IMG/VR virus record: IMGVR_UViG_3300028569_002417
Location: 1-64,000 of that record
Reading direction: 5' to 3' (one strand)
Length of the DNA stretch: 64,000 nucleotides
The notes beneath the pieces were generated by a model. It made no database searches. It was not told where the DNA came from and saw only the letters and a list, made by a program, of their open reading frames with translations. Position 1 is the stretch's first letter; each line of letters begins with the position of its first letter. Below are positions 17,090 to 26,538 of the stretch, piece by piece. The translations under genes and the position numbers were made by a program.

Positions 17090-17918
17090 TGTATTGATTT
17101 ACGAATTGCAGAAATTATGTAAATTTCAATATAAAAATAAAGATGGCATTTGTACTTCTATTTCTTTTTTTGATCCTGACAATATATTTGAATCTACACT
17201 TAGACATAACTCTGATAGAAATAAAATTTTTAATATTTTAACAAAATTTCACAAATTAGAAGAATTGTCTCTAAGAAAGGCAAGAATCAATTTTTTCCCA
17301 CAAATTGAATCTCCAAATTTGAAATTTTTAGATTTAAGCTGTAATAATTTACACGAATGTGAATTTCTTAAATATTATCCTGAATTACAACACATTAATA
17401 TAGGATCTAACTTTATCAAGAATATTCCTGTGTTATCGGACAATGTAACAACATTAAAATTACATAAAAATATAATTACAGAACATCCATACATACCACC
17501 TAAAATACGATTCTTAAATCTTTTTTACAACAGATTTGAAAATTGCCCACAGTTAAAAAATTTTTCTGAATTGGAGATGTTCTGTTTTGGTGTTTCACCC
17601 ATTCAAAATATGCCAGATTTTCCAGATAAAATTAAATATATTATAATGCCATGCAATCAAATTTATTTTTTAGAGAACATTCAAAACTACAAAAACTTAG
17701 AGGTACTTCAAGTTTCCAAAAATAATATTAAACACTTACCAAAAGAAATAGGAGTGTCTAAAATAAAAGAATTATATTTATATAGAAATACAATTGAAAT
17801 TTTGCCAGATTCATTTTTTTTATTAAATTTGAAAAAATTAAATTTACAAGATAATCCAATTTGCAACAAAGAAATAATTAAAAAACATTTTAGTGAAATT
17901 GAATTTTTTCAAATATGA
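17079..17918 (+). CDS. leucine-rich repeat protein
   Basis: multiple LxxLxLxxN repeats (LKFLDLSCNNL, LEVLQVSKNNI, LKKLNLQDNPI). Confidence 0.85.
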   Translation: MNDDVLIYELQKLCKFQYKNKDGICTSISFFDPDNIFESTLRHNSDRNKIFNILTKFHKLEELSLRKARINFFPQIESPNLKFLDLSCNNLHECEFLKYYPELQHINIGSNFIKNIPVLSDNVTTLKLHKNIITEHPYIPPKIRFLNLFYNRFENCPQLKNFSELEMFCFGVSPIQNMPDFPDKIKYIIMPCNQIYFLENIQNYKNLEVLQVSKNNIKHLPKEIGVSKIKELYLYRNTIEILPDSFFLLNLKKLNLQDNPICNKEIIKKHFSEIEFFQI

Positions 17919-18673
17919 AAAAAATTTGCATATCTGCCGTCGAAAAAAGTTTTTTCAACTATGGCTTTAATATGTTTTCATCTTTCAAACACTTTCATCC
18001 AAATATTAAATGTATTTGTTGTGATTTTGGTTTAGAAAATTATCAAAAAAGATTTTTGAAAAAATTAGATGTTGAGGTGATAAAAGTTGATTATAAATTA
18101 AAAAATTTAAGATGCTCTGACATGATAATTTATGAATTTATTAAAAATAAAAATTGGGATAAAATCCTTTGGATTGATGCGGATACCATTTTGCTTTCTA
18201 GCATAGATGAAGTTTTTCAAAACACAGAAGAATTTGTAGCTGTGCCGGGGAGAAACAAAAATGGACTTATCCATTATACTAAAGATTTTTTAGGTTATGA
18301 AGAAAGCGATAACTTCTTATATTATTCTACTGGATTTTGGGTAACTAGCTCTAAAAAACTTCTATATGATTTTTCAGAATATTTGAAAAAGAATCCTAAT
18401 ACTACATTTGATTGTGTGCCAGTAACAAAAATTGTTAACCAGCATTATACTCACAAACACTTAGACGGGAACATTTACAATTTTGGTAGAGATTTAATTC
18501 CTATGGCTCAATTAAAAAACAATGAAATTTTTTATAAAATGAATGATGAAATTATTTACCCAAAACTTGTTCATTTTAGTTCTTGTGATGATGGTAAAAG
18601 ACTTGAATCTGACATAATTAAAATATTTTTTGAAAGGAATATCCAAGTAAAATGGCAAATAAAAATGTTGTAA
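17915..18673 (+). CDS. GT8-like glycosyltransferase
   Basis: KILWIDADTI, YNF, LVHF motifs. Confidence 0.7.
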   Translation: MKKICISAVEKSFFNYGFNMFSSFKHFHPNIKCICCDFGLENYQKRFLKKLDVEVIKVDYKLKNLRCSDMIIYEFIKNKNWDKILWIDADTILLSSIDEVFQNTEEFVAVPGRNKNGLIHYTKDFLGYEESDNFLYYSTGFWVTSSKKLLYDFSEYLKKNPNTTFDCVPVTKIVNQHYTHKHLDGNIYNFGRDLIPMAQLKNNEIFYKMNDEIIYPKLVHFSSCDDGKRLESDIIKIFFERNIQVKWQIKML

Positions 18674-19293
18674 TATTTGGTTGTAATGATACGGCAGCAT
18701 TGGCAAAGTTTTATCTTTTACATGATACAAATTACAAGCCAGTAGCTTTTACAGTAGATGCCAGCTATTTGAAAAACGATTCATATGAAGATTTACCAGT
18801 TGTTAGTTTTGAAAACATAGAGAAAAATTATCCGCCACAGTATTTTGATTTATTCGCACCCATTCATAGCAATCAACTAAGAGAAAATAAATTCCAAGAA
18901 GGAATTAAAAAGGGATATAATTTCATATCATATGTTAGCTCAAAAGCCACATGTTGGGGCAAAATTGGAATAAATTGTTTTGTTTTAGAAGACAATACCA
19001 TTCAGCCTTTTGTCGAAATAGAAGATAATTGTATACTATGGAGCGGAAATCATATCGGACACCATTCGACAATTAAACATTCGACTTTTGTTTCATCACA
19101 TGTTGTAGTTTCAGGACATTGCACAGTAAAAAGTTATTGCTGGCTAGGAGTTAATGCTACCATCAGAGATCACATTACAATCGAAGAAGGATGTTTGATA
19201 GGCATGGCATCTGTTGTAACTAAAAATACAAGTTCCTATAAAATATATTTCGGTAATCCAGCCAAGGAACAAGGAATATGTGGAAAAAATTAG
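18652..19293 (+). CDS. sugar O/N-acetyltransferase (NeuD/PglD-like)
   Basis: Rossmann-like N-terminus plus hexapeptide repeats, WSGNHIGHHS, GNPAK. Confidence 0.9.
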   Translation: MANKNVVIFGCNDTAALAKFYLLHDTNYKPVAFTVDASYLKNDSYEDLPVVSFENIEKNYPPQYFDLFAPIHSNQLRENKFQEGIKKGYNFISYVSSKATCWGKIGINCFVLEDNTIQPFVEIEDNCILWSGNHIGHHSTIKHSTFVSSHVVVSGHCTVKSYCWLGVNATIRDHITIEEGCLIGMASVVTKNTSSYKIYFGNPAKEQGICGKN

Positions 19294-20153
19294 GTAAAAT
19301 TTATTCGATTCAGAATGATAATAAATTCATGCACAGTCATGCAAGCTATCCCACAATTGATGTCTTAGACGATAAAATTCGCATATATTTTTCATCGAGA
19401 GATAATCAAAATGTATCCAGAATATTTTATTTTGATTATAAAAACAAAAAAGTTTTTTCAAACAATAGCATTGTTGTTAATTCTGGGATCAAAGGAGAAT
19501 ATGATTGTGATGGAATAGCTCCCAGATGTATTGTAAACAATAATTCAAAAAAAATTATGTATACAATCGGATGGAATCAATGCAAAAGCTTTCCATACAG
19601 CTTATCTATTGGAATTTGCGAAAATAAAAATAATATATGGCAAAAAATAGGACAAGTTCTAGGAAGAAATAGATATGATAAAATATTTTGCACATCACCT
19701 CATGTTATTTATGAAAATAGAAAATATAAAATGTGGTATTGCTCCTGCAATGAATGGTCAAATAATGATCCTAATTATTTTATAAAATATACAGAATCAA
19801 AAAATGGCTATGATTGGGACATAAGCGATACCATCTGTATTTCTAAAAAAAATAAATCTTATGGATGGCCATATGTAATAAAAAAAAATAATTATTATAC
19901 AATGTATTATTGCTCTAGACATAATAATGAATTTAGAAAAAATCCCAGTAAATCATATAAAATTATGTGCGCTTATTCCCAAGATGGAATTAAATGGGAT
20001 TCAAAAAATCAACAAATCCTAAAGCCTTCAATAAAAAGCGACGACTGGGACAGCGAAATGGTATGTTACCCTGCTGTTCATGAAAATCTCATGTTTTATA
20101 ATGGAAATGGTTTTGGAAAAACAGGAATAGGAATTGCGACTAATTCTTCTTGA
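19278..20153 (+). CDS. five-bladed beta-propeller glycoside hydrolase-like protein
   Basis: MWKKLG, IYFSSRD, YKMWY, SQDGIKW, WDSEMVCYP, YNGNGFGKTGIG. Confidence 0.8.
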   Translation: MWKKLGKIYSIQNDNKFMHSHASYPTIDVLDDKIRIYFSSRDNQNVSRIFYFDYKNKKVFSNNSIVVNSGIKGEYDCDGIAPRCIVNNNSKKIMYTIGWNQCKSFPYSLSIGICENKNNIWQKIGQVLGRNRYDKIFCTSPHVIYENRKYKMWYCSCNEWSNNDPNYFIKYTESKNGYDWDISDTICISKKNKSYGWPYVIKKNNYYTMYYCSRHNNEFRKNPSKSYKIMCAYSQDGIKWDSKNQQILKPSIKSDDWDSEMVCYPAVHENLMFYNGNGFGKTGIGIATNSS

Positions 20154-20808
20154 TCACACATAATCCACAATAAAAATGCAAGCTTTCAATATGATTTCTA
20201 AAATCTAAGGATTTATTGTTTTTTAATATGTGTTTTTTCATACCAGCCGCCCTAACAGACTTGTTGGCTTTGTTGGTTTTTGTAACATTCCCATAAATGT
20301 TGACATTGTCAATTGTATTTTTCAAATAATTTATCGCATGTATTCCACATGCGCCTTTGTGATTCGAGTCATAACAATCAAGTAAGTCTTCCATACAATA
20401 AAAACCATTTGAATTAAGATGTGGAAAAAGAAACTCAAAACTTTTTACCAAATGATCCCATATGTGACTACCGTCATCAATTATGATATCGAAATTATAA
20501 TTTGATATTAATTCAAATAAAATACTATCATCTGATTGATCTCCAATTTTAACTTTTATTCTTTCTTCTTCATAATTTTTGCATTTCACATCAATATCAA
20601 GTCCTACTATATTAGAATTATAAAAATAATCCTTCCACATTCTTAATGACTTGCCATCCAATACTCCTATTTCCAAAATTGTCATTTTTTTTGATCTTAT
20701 TGATTTGAAATGATCTTCATAGTAACGACAATAATCGTGTCTATTAGAACTCTTATCGGTTCCATGTTTCAAAGCCAATTCTTCAAGATCAAATTCTATC
20801 TTAAGCAT
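20140..20808 (-). CDS. class I SAM O-methyltransferase (MycE-like)
   Basis: HGTDK, ILEIGV..GKSLRMWKDYF, GDQSD, DIIIDDGSH. Confidence 0.9.
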   Translation of the reverse strand: MLKIEFDLEELALKHGTDKSSNRHDYCRYYEDHFKSIRSKKMTILEIGVLDGKSLRMWKDYFYNSNIVGLDIDVKCKNYEEERIKVKIGDQSDDSILFELISNYNFDIIIDDGSHIWDHLVKSFEFLFPHLNSNGFYCMEDLLDCYDSNHKGACGIHAINYLKNTIDNVNIYGNVTKTNKANKSVRAAGMKKHILKNNKSLDFRNHIESLHFYCGLCVIKKN

Positions 20809-21383
20809 AAAAACTTCCTTGATAAATCTGGATATTCATATTTTCTAACATTGTGATCTTTAATGCAATCTGCCAATACCATTCCTCTACTGGCCTGTTC
20901 TGGGGTCATGTACATGTTCCAACCCACAACATGAAAATATTCTTGTTCCAACAAAGGCTTTTCCTCTCTCCCCTCATACCTTGCAAGCTTAAACCACTTT
21001 ACAGCTTCTTCGTCATCCGTAAATATCATTCCGCCTTTTCCTATATTAATTATTTTATTTGCACTGAAAGATATACAATCAAATGTTCCAGATTTATACA
21101 TTTTTTTTATTAAACGACAAGCACTATCGTATATTGGATATGGTTTTAATTGATATGTACCTTCCCATTCAATATCTTCAAATAATACTTTCCCACCTGC
21201 ATGTATAACCGAACAAGGAACAGATATGTACGTTTTACAAGGTAAAACTACTTTTTCAACATTCAAATATTTACAGCATAAAAACAAAGCGTTTGTGCAA
21301 CTGTCAACTGCAACCGCATATGGACTGCCGACAAAATTTGCCATATATTCTTCAAATTGACAAATGACACTGTATGAATTCAT
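20796..21383 (-). CDS. DegT/DnrJ/EryC1/StrS aminotransferase (short form)
   Basis: AVAVDSCTNAL, DSA, SFSANK.INIGKGGMI (PLP lysine). Confidence 0.88.
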   Translation of the reverse strand: MNSYSVICQFEEYMANFVGSPYAVAVDSCTNALFLCCKYLNVEKVVLPCKTYISVPCSVIHAGGKVLFEDIEWEGTYQLKPYPIYDSACRLIKKMYKSGTFDCISFSANKIINIGKGGMIFTDDEEAVKWFKLARYEGREEKPLLEQEYFHVVGWNMYMTPEQASRGMVLADCIKDHNVRKYEYPDLSRKFLCLR

Positions 21384-21473
21384 AATTTTATAATAAAGTA
21401 TTTTTTTATTTTATGTTTTTTTGAAAATGCCACAATAAAATAAATTTCAATAAACATGTGATCCCTTGGCTTA

Positions 21474-22199
21474 TTATTCAAACATTTTCCACCATATTCT
21501 TTCAAACATGAATCCATGAGATTCATGCTTACTAGCAATACTGTGGCAATTGAAATAAAAATTTAGTGAGTGTTTCATTATTGCTTCTTTTTTAACTGCA
21601 AATATTCCACAGTAAAAAAAATTAAAAAAATCATTTTTACCAAAATCAGGATCTGGAAGACTAATCAAATTGCAAAAATGATTGATGACATCTTCACCAT
21701 GAGGAAGATTATGTAAATTACGATAATTATCACAAGTATGATTGATCCCATCATCCCAATGCCTAACTGGGGAAAGTGTATACCTACTAGCCTTTTCAAT
21801 AAAATAAGGAGTCAATGATGATTCCAAAACTTTTGGAGGAGGCAAATATTCATTCCACCTAATACTCAAAGGATATACAGATTCTTCCATACCACCATTT
21901 GCAATACCATAAACAAGATGAGAAAAATTTGGAGAATGATCCAAAGGATTACCTTGTGTGAAAATCACTATGTCAGAAAGCTTATCATACTCTTTTACAA
22001 TGTGACGCAAATAAGTTTCAGTCTCTCTTCCAGTATTATGACATTTATCCACAACTGTAATAATTGGATTGTCCAAAATTTTACGGTCTACTATGTCTGG
22101 CCCTTTATTGTAAATAATTACATTAATGTTCTTAGGCATAAAATCAAGCCATGCCAAACCTTCATTATATCTCGCTATAACCATAGTGATGTTTTGCAT
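21474..22199 (-). CDS. DUF3431-like protein
   Basis: VIARYNE.LAW, YNKG, NTGRE.ETYL.HI, FTQGNP.DH, FERIW. Confidence 0.8.
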   Translation of the reverse strand: MQNITMVIARYNEGLAWLDFMPKNINVIIYNKGPDIVDRKILDNPIITVVDKCHNTGRETETYLRHIVKEYDKLSDIVIFTQGNPLDHSPNFSHLVYGIANGGMEESVYPLSIRWNEYLPPPKVLESSLTPYFIEKASRYTLSPVRHWDDGINHTCDNYRNLHNLPHGEDVINHFCNLISLPDPDFGKNDFFNFFYCGIFAVKKEAIMKHSLNFYFNCHSIASKHESHGFMFERIWWKMFE

Positions 22200-22249
22200 A
22201 AATTAAATAAGTAAGAGCATACAAACAAAGAAAAAAATATCAAAAAATT

Positions 22250-23116
22250 CTATGATTTTCTTTTCTTGATCTCTTTAATTAGGTTTTCAATTAAATTAAT
22301 TGATTTATCAATCAAATCACTTTTACGCACATCGATATTGTTTTGGCTATATTTCTCTTTATATCCAAAAACATTTCCCTCTATGCAGTTTTCTGGTACA
22401 AAAATGCCACTGTAACGGCATTGATTGACAATTGGCATAATGGACTCTTTAGGACTGATGTAGTCTTGTGGCTTAGAATCTGCCATTGCTAATGGCATCC
22501 TTCGCCCAACATAGTCATCTGCACCATCATCTCCATGAATAAAAAATGCTCCTACTTTTCCTTCATAGTGGTTTTTCAAAAGATCACGATATTTTCCACT
22601 TTGTTCTGCTGCTATGGTCAGCTTTGGATTCTTAATGTCCTTTCCATAAATTTCTTTGGCATCTTCACGAGATAATGTCAAGTTAACACAAACAAGTCTG
22701 TCAAATAAAGCTTTGACTTGACTGCTTGGTCCATACCAATGAACTGGAGTAAAAACGACGAATCCGTCTGCCTCTTCCATTTTTTTATAGATATCTGCTT
22801 CATGCATGAGATCATTTGTTCCATCGCCTTTATCATAACAATCACAAGGATAATGGCAATGGAATCCATTGCTTGTTCCAATACATCCCTTACATGGACG
22901 GACTTGAGGATCAGTATCCATGACTTTTAGGTCAACAACTGTAAACTTGACATCTTTTGTTATTTCTTTTATTGCTTTTTTCATCAAGAAGCTTGTTTTG
23001 CTATCTCCTCCAGAACAAGAATTTTTTGTTCTTGGACTTCCTTGAAAAACAACAATTTTTATTTTATTGCTGTTGTTTTGAGTTGCTTCGGCAAGATATT
23101 CAATAAAACTGATCAT
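22250..23116 (-). CDS. flavodoxin-like NAD(P)H-dependent oxidoreductase / iron-sulfur flavoprotein
   Basis: FQGSPR, PCKGC..CHYPCDC, ADGFVVFTPVHWY...KALFDRL; true start likely MISFIEYLAEA. Confidence 0.85.
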   Translation of the reverse strand: MISFIEYLAEATQNNSNKIKIVVFQGSPRTKNSCSGGDSKTSFLMKKAIKEITKDVKFTVVDLKVMDTDPQVRPCKGCIGTSNGFHCHYPCDCYDKGDGTNDLMHEADIYKKMEEADGFVVFTPVHWYGPSSQVKALFDRLVCVNLTLSREDAKEIYGKDIKNPKLTIAAEQSGKYRDLLKNHYEGKVGAFFIHGDDGADDYVGRRMPLAMADSKPQDYISPKESIMPIVNQCRYSGIFVPENCIEGNVFGYKEKYSQNNIDVRKSDLIDKSINLIENLIKEIKKRKS

Positions 23117-23230
23117 ATAAATTATATATTTACAAGTTGGAATAAAATTTGGTCCTTTAAGAACTTGACTTGGCAAATGGTCTTCTGTACTATTTTGTGT
23201 ACGCACTGTTTGTGCGCTAGAGGGTTTATC

Positions 23231-23548
23231 ATGAAGAAGACTTTGTTTTTGGCAGTAGCTGCTCTTGGTTTCTTTAGCGTTGATGCTGATGCAGGAGTTA
23301 TTTTCAAGAAGAAGAGCAAAAGCTGCACTTCTTGCAACAGTAGTAAAGCTGCTGTTGTTGCAGCCCCAGCTAAGGTACAAGCTCCAGTTGCTCCTCAAAA
23401 GAAGGTGCAGGCTCCATCTCCCGTAAAATCACAAGCTCCAACTGCTTCTCAAAAGAAGGTGGAAGCTCCATCGCCTGTAAAGGCTCAGAATGCCGCTCCC
23501 GCAAAAGTTACAATTGAAAAGAAGAAGGTTGCTGCTCCTCAGCAGTAA
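23231..23548 (+). CDS. secreted CxxC protein with A/P/K/Q-rich repeats
   Basis: signal peptide MKKTLFLAVAALGFFSVDADA, CTSC, KKV.APSPVK repeats. Confidence 0.75.
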   Translation: MKKTLFLAVAALGFFSVDADAGVIFKKKSKSCTSCNSSKAAVVAAPAKVQAPVAPQKKVQAPSPVKSQAPTASQKKVEAPSPVKAQNAAPAKVTIEKKKVAAPQQ

Positions 23549-23566
23549 TTAATTTAAGTTAAAAAG

Positions 23567-23602
23567 AAAATGCCCTGATATTTATTTTTCAGGGCATTTT
23601 TT
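23567..23602. terminator. bidirectional intrinsic terminator
   Basis: aaaatgccctga...tcagggcatttt between convergent genes. Confidence 0.75.
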
Positions 23603-24000
23603 TAGCATTTACATTTCCAGACTCTTAGTGCTGCTCTTTGTTTGCTGTTTGGGTCATTCCTGCTTTTTGCTGTACCAGCTTTACACATCCTTGCACAGAA
23701 TGATTTTCTTCTTGCTTGTGTCTTCTTAGACATTTTTTTTACGCCACCGCTACGTTCAGCTTCTCTTTTTGTTTCAATGCCAGCATGAATTCCAAGTTTT
23801 TTGGCATAAGATGGCTTCAAACCACCTTCTGGATGATTCTTTTTTGAGTTATATCCCTTAAATGGTTTTTCTTTAGATTCTCTGATATCAACCCATTCTG
23901 CAAAAGAAAGGCGAGATTCTTTAACACAATTTGGCACTGTTCTACTACCTTTCTTTTTCATACCGACTTGCTTATAACCTTTCCAACAAGATTCGTTCAT
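23602..24000 (-). CDS. basic putative virion protein (CWKGY module plus RRKSFCARM module)
   Basis: RRKSFCARM...DPNS..AALRVWKC motif typical of T4-like phage small proteins. Confidence 0.8.
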   Translation of the reverse strand: MNESCWKGYKQVGMKKKGSRTVPNCVKESRLSFAEWVDIRESKEKPFKGYNSKKNHPEGGLKPSYAKKLGIHAGIETKREAERSGGVKKMSKKTQARRKSFCARMCKAGTAKSRNDPNSKQRAALRVWKCKC

Positions 24001-24023
24001 GATTTCTCCTTTGGGTTTTTAAT

Positions 24024-24040
24024 TTATTTATGCTAAATAA
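24024..24040. promoter_or_regulatory. back-to-back late-promoter motifs (TAAATA on both strands)
   Basis: ttatttatgctaaataa between divergent genes 24000(-) and 24044(+). Confidence 0.55.
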
Positions 24041-24043
24041 TTC

Positions 24044-24322
24044 ATGAATTTCAAAGAATGGTTTTATGAAATTGAAGAAATGTATTCAAGTAAGGGCAAA
24101 GGACATCCTTTCAAGCCCGGACCAAGAGACAATCCCCCCAAAAAGCCTCATCCAAGCCCTAAAGATCCAACACCAAGGTCTTTGGCAGGCCAAACTAAAT
24201 TATGCGGCCAAGGAGGAGGAGCAGGACCTTGTGATGGAGGAGGAGGTGGAGGTGGTGGAGCAGCACCAGCAGGAGGAGGAGGTGCGGCACCAGCGGCAGC
24301 ACCAGCAGCACCTCCATCTTGA
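24044..24322 (+). CDS. Gly/Ala/Pro-rich putative internal head protein
   Basis: MNFKEWFYEIEE leader. Confidence 0.7.
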   Translation: MNFKEWFYEIEEMYSSKGKGHPFKPGPRDNPPKKPHPSPKDPTPRSLAGQTKLCGQGGGAGPCDGGGGGGGGAAPAGGGGAAPAAAPAAPPS

Positions 24323-24324
24323 TA

Positions 24325-24897
24325 TTACTCATAGAATTGAAGCATACAGCTTGGAATTTTTGGTGCAACATATTTCAAGAATTCAAATGCACCTTTATTA
24401 GAGAAAACTATTTCATGTCGATCTCTTGCTGTATGAACTTCACAGTCGCAATCAAGTGAATTAAAATAATCGGCTATTGTTTGTGATCCTTCAAGTCCAA
24501 ACTTATGTGTTCTGAGATAAGCTTTTCTTTTGCTTTTTTTACCTGCATCAAGAAACCATGTCATCCAAGCTTCATCTGAAAGTATGTCCAACATTTCTTT
24601 TGTGATGATTTTTTTGCCTTCTTGATAAAATATTCTGTATACGTCATTAAAAACAGGATAGGCAACGCTGTAACAGCGATATGTGTTTTTGTCTTGCTTT
24701 ACAGTTTGTGTGTCAATTTTGAAAAAATCAGATAAAACTTCAATCTTGTAGTCTAACCAAAGCTTATTATTGTCTCTCATCGCCAGATAACAATTTTTCC
24801 CTCTGTCTGGCCTTACAATCGATGAACCACCAAGAATGGTTCCATATAATGTTTGTTTTTGGCTCTCCTTTAGAGTTGGCCCACATTGATAAGTCAT
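24325..24897 (-). CDS. LAGLIDADG_2-family endonuclease-like protein, degenerate motifs
   Basis: YGTILGGSSI and WMTWFLDAG motifs, LRTHKF. Confidence 0.7.
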   Translation of the reverse strand: MTYQCGPTLKESQKQTLYGTILGGSSIVRPDRGKNCYLAMRDNNKLWLDYKIEVLSDFFKIDTQTVKQDKNTYRCYSVAYPVFNDVYRIFYQEGKKIITKEMLDILSDEAWMTWFLDAGKKSKRKAYLRTHKFGLEGSQTIADYFNSLDCDCEVHTARDRHEIVFSNKGAFEFLKYVAPKIPSCMLQFYE

Positions 24898-25030
24898 AAT
24901 AAACCTCAAATTATATATTTACAATAATTTACTTTTCGCAATATTATTCCCAAAAATGAGTTATGATTCACAATCAATTTAATGTTAGATTAATATATAC
25001 ATATGTTCGTTTTTATAAGGAGAAATATAA

Positions 25031-25594
25031 ATGGCAGCTACAACTTCACAAGGAACCGGACCCGGTTCAGTTTCTAACATTAAGCCTTTAATTAAGAATG
25101 GCGATGTAAAAACATTAAACATTGAGCCAAACGCTGTTACCGCAGCTAGTCTTGATAACAATGCGTTATCAAAAGCTCCAGTCGTTCTTAACACAGCAGA
25201 ACAAACAATTGACTCTAGCTATGCTAACAAGCCTTTGGTTTTCACCAGAGCAGCTGGTGTTGTTGTCACTCTTCCAGCAGCAACTGGTACTGGTGATATC
25301 TATAAGTTTTTTGTAAACACCACTGTAACTAGCAATAGTTACAAAGTTCAGGTTGCAAATGCAACTGATGTCATTTGCGGTCTTGCATTTGGCGATGACG
25401 GCGATGGTGAACCAGCTAATGCTTGGGCATCAGGCGCTAGTTCTGACACCATCACAATGGATGGTAGCACACAGGGTGGTCTTAAAGGTGACAGCATTGA
25501 AATTATCGACGTAGCGACTGGTCTTTTCTCATGCAAAGTATTCATTACTCAGACTGGCACTGAAGCTACTCCTTTCAGCGCAGCAGTTTCTTAA
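25031..25594 (+). CDS. virion structural protein (decoration/fibre-like)
   Basis: A/T/G-rich beta-type sequence, VTLPAATGTG..Y.F, TITMDGSTQGG, ATPFSAAVS. Confidence 0.7.
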   Translation: MAATTSQGTGPGSVSNIKPLIKNGDVKTLNIEPNAVTAASLDNNALSKAPVVLNTAEQTIDSSYANKPLVFTRAAGVVVTLPAATGTGDIYKFFVNTTVTSNSYKVQVANATDVICGLAFGDDGDGEPANAWASGASSDTITMDGSTQGGLKGDSIEIIDVATGLFSCKVFITQTGTEATPFSAAVS

Positions 25595-25645
25595 CTATAA
25601 TTCCTTGGTGTTTGTTATCAAGGCATTTTTATTTTGGAGTTATTG

Positions 25646-25978
25646 ATGGGTGCTACAACCACTCAAGGTACAGGGCCGGGATCGGCTACTGAAAAAGCTA
25701 AAAAAATGGAACACCATAGTCTTGGGGTCAACAAACTTGTTGGCCCCAAGATCGTTTTTTGTAGTCAAGTATTGTTAGAAGGGAAGACAGGATTGGTTTA
25801 TATTCCATCTCAGTGCGGACAAGTTTCTGACTATTGTATCTTTTTGACGAATAACAGTTCAAGCCAAGCATTTATTTCTAGTCCTCTTACATCAATTCCA
25901 AATTCAGAAGAATGGAGATTCGGTGTCACTGCTGGAAGCAATGACATCGTTAATTTTATGGTTGTTAAAATAGGTTAG
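25646..25978 (+). CDS. putative virion protein
   Basis: shares N-terminal M.ATT.QGTGPGS with the upstream gene. Confidence 0.65.
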   Translation: MGATTTQGTGPGSATEKAKKMEHHSLGVNKLVGPKIVFCSQVLLEGKTGLVYIPSQCGQVSDYCIFLTNNSSSQAFISSPLTSIPNSEEWRFGVTAGSNDIVNFMVVKIG

Positions 25979-26538
25979 TCTTCGTCTTTTGGCTTAAAAA
26001 ACTTAATGTTTTTATCTGCCCATTCGATTGCCATATGTGATCCTCTGCTTAGCAATCCTACTAATTGAGTTGGATTACCACTTCCTTCTATGGCGATATT
26101 GTCTCTTTCTGCATTTTCGATCCAGACAAGAGCGAATACAAGACCTGTTCTTTGTTTTAGTTCAGATGCCATTTGACGAATTGTTAGAAGAGAAAGATCT
26201 GGAAGTCCTGATTCTTTTTGTTTAGCTTTGCGAAGGTCGCCGTTATTTTCAAGAATATTGATAAGTTTCTTTCTGATCATTTTGATTGTTTCTAATTTTT
26301 TAGGTGCATCAATAACGATTTGATAAGAAAAATCTTTTGGATCGTTTTGGTTTGCCAAAACGAGTAAGTTGCAAGGATAGTAATCCTTGATTTCAGTGAT
26401 TATTGTTGAGATAGCGTTCAGTGTATTTTCATTTTCGAGTTTGAAATGAATCCATGATTGGTCATGGCTTGTATCTATAATTTTAATTCCCTCGAATTTA
26501 TTGAGGGTGTTAACAAGTTTGTCGAATTCCTTTTCCAT
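25975..26538 (-). CDS. hypothetical protein
   Basis: 187-aa ORF coupled to the upstream gene. Confidence 0.7.
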   Translation of the reverse strand: MEKEFDKLVNTLNKFEGIKIIDTSHDQSWIHFKLENENTLNAISTIITEIKDYYPCNLLVLANQNDPKDFSYQIVIDAPKKLETIKMIRKKLINILENNGDLRKAKQKESGLPDLSLLTIRQMASELKQRTGLVFALVWIENAERDNIAIEGSGNPTQLVGLLSRGSHMAIEWADKNIKFFKPKDED

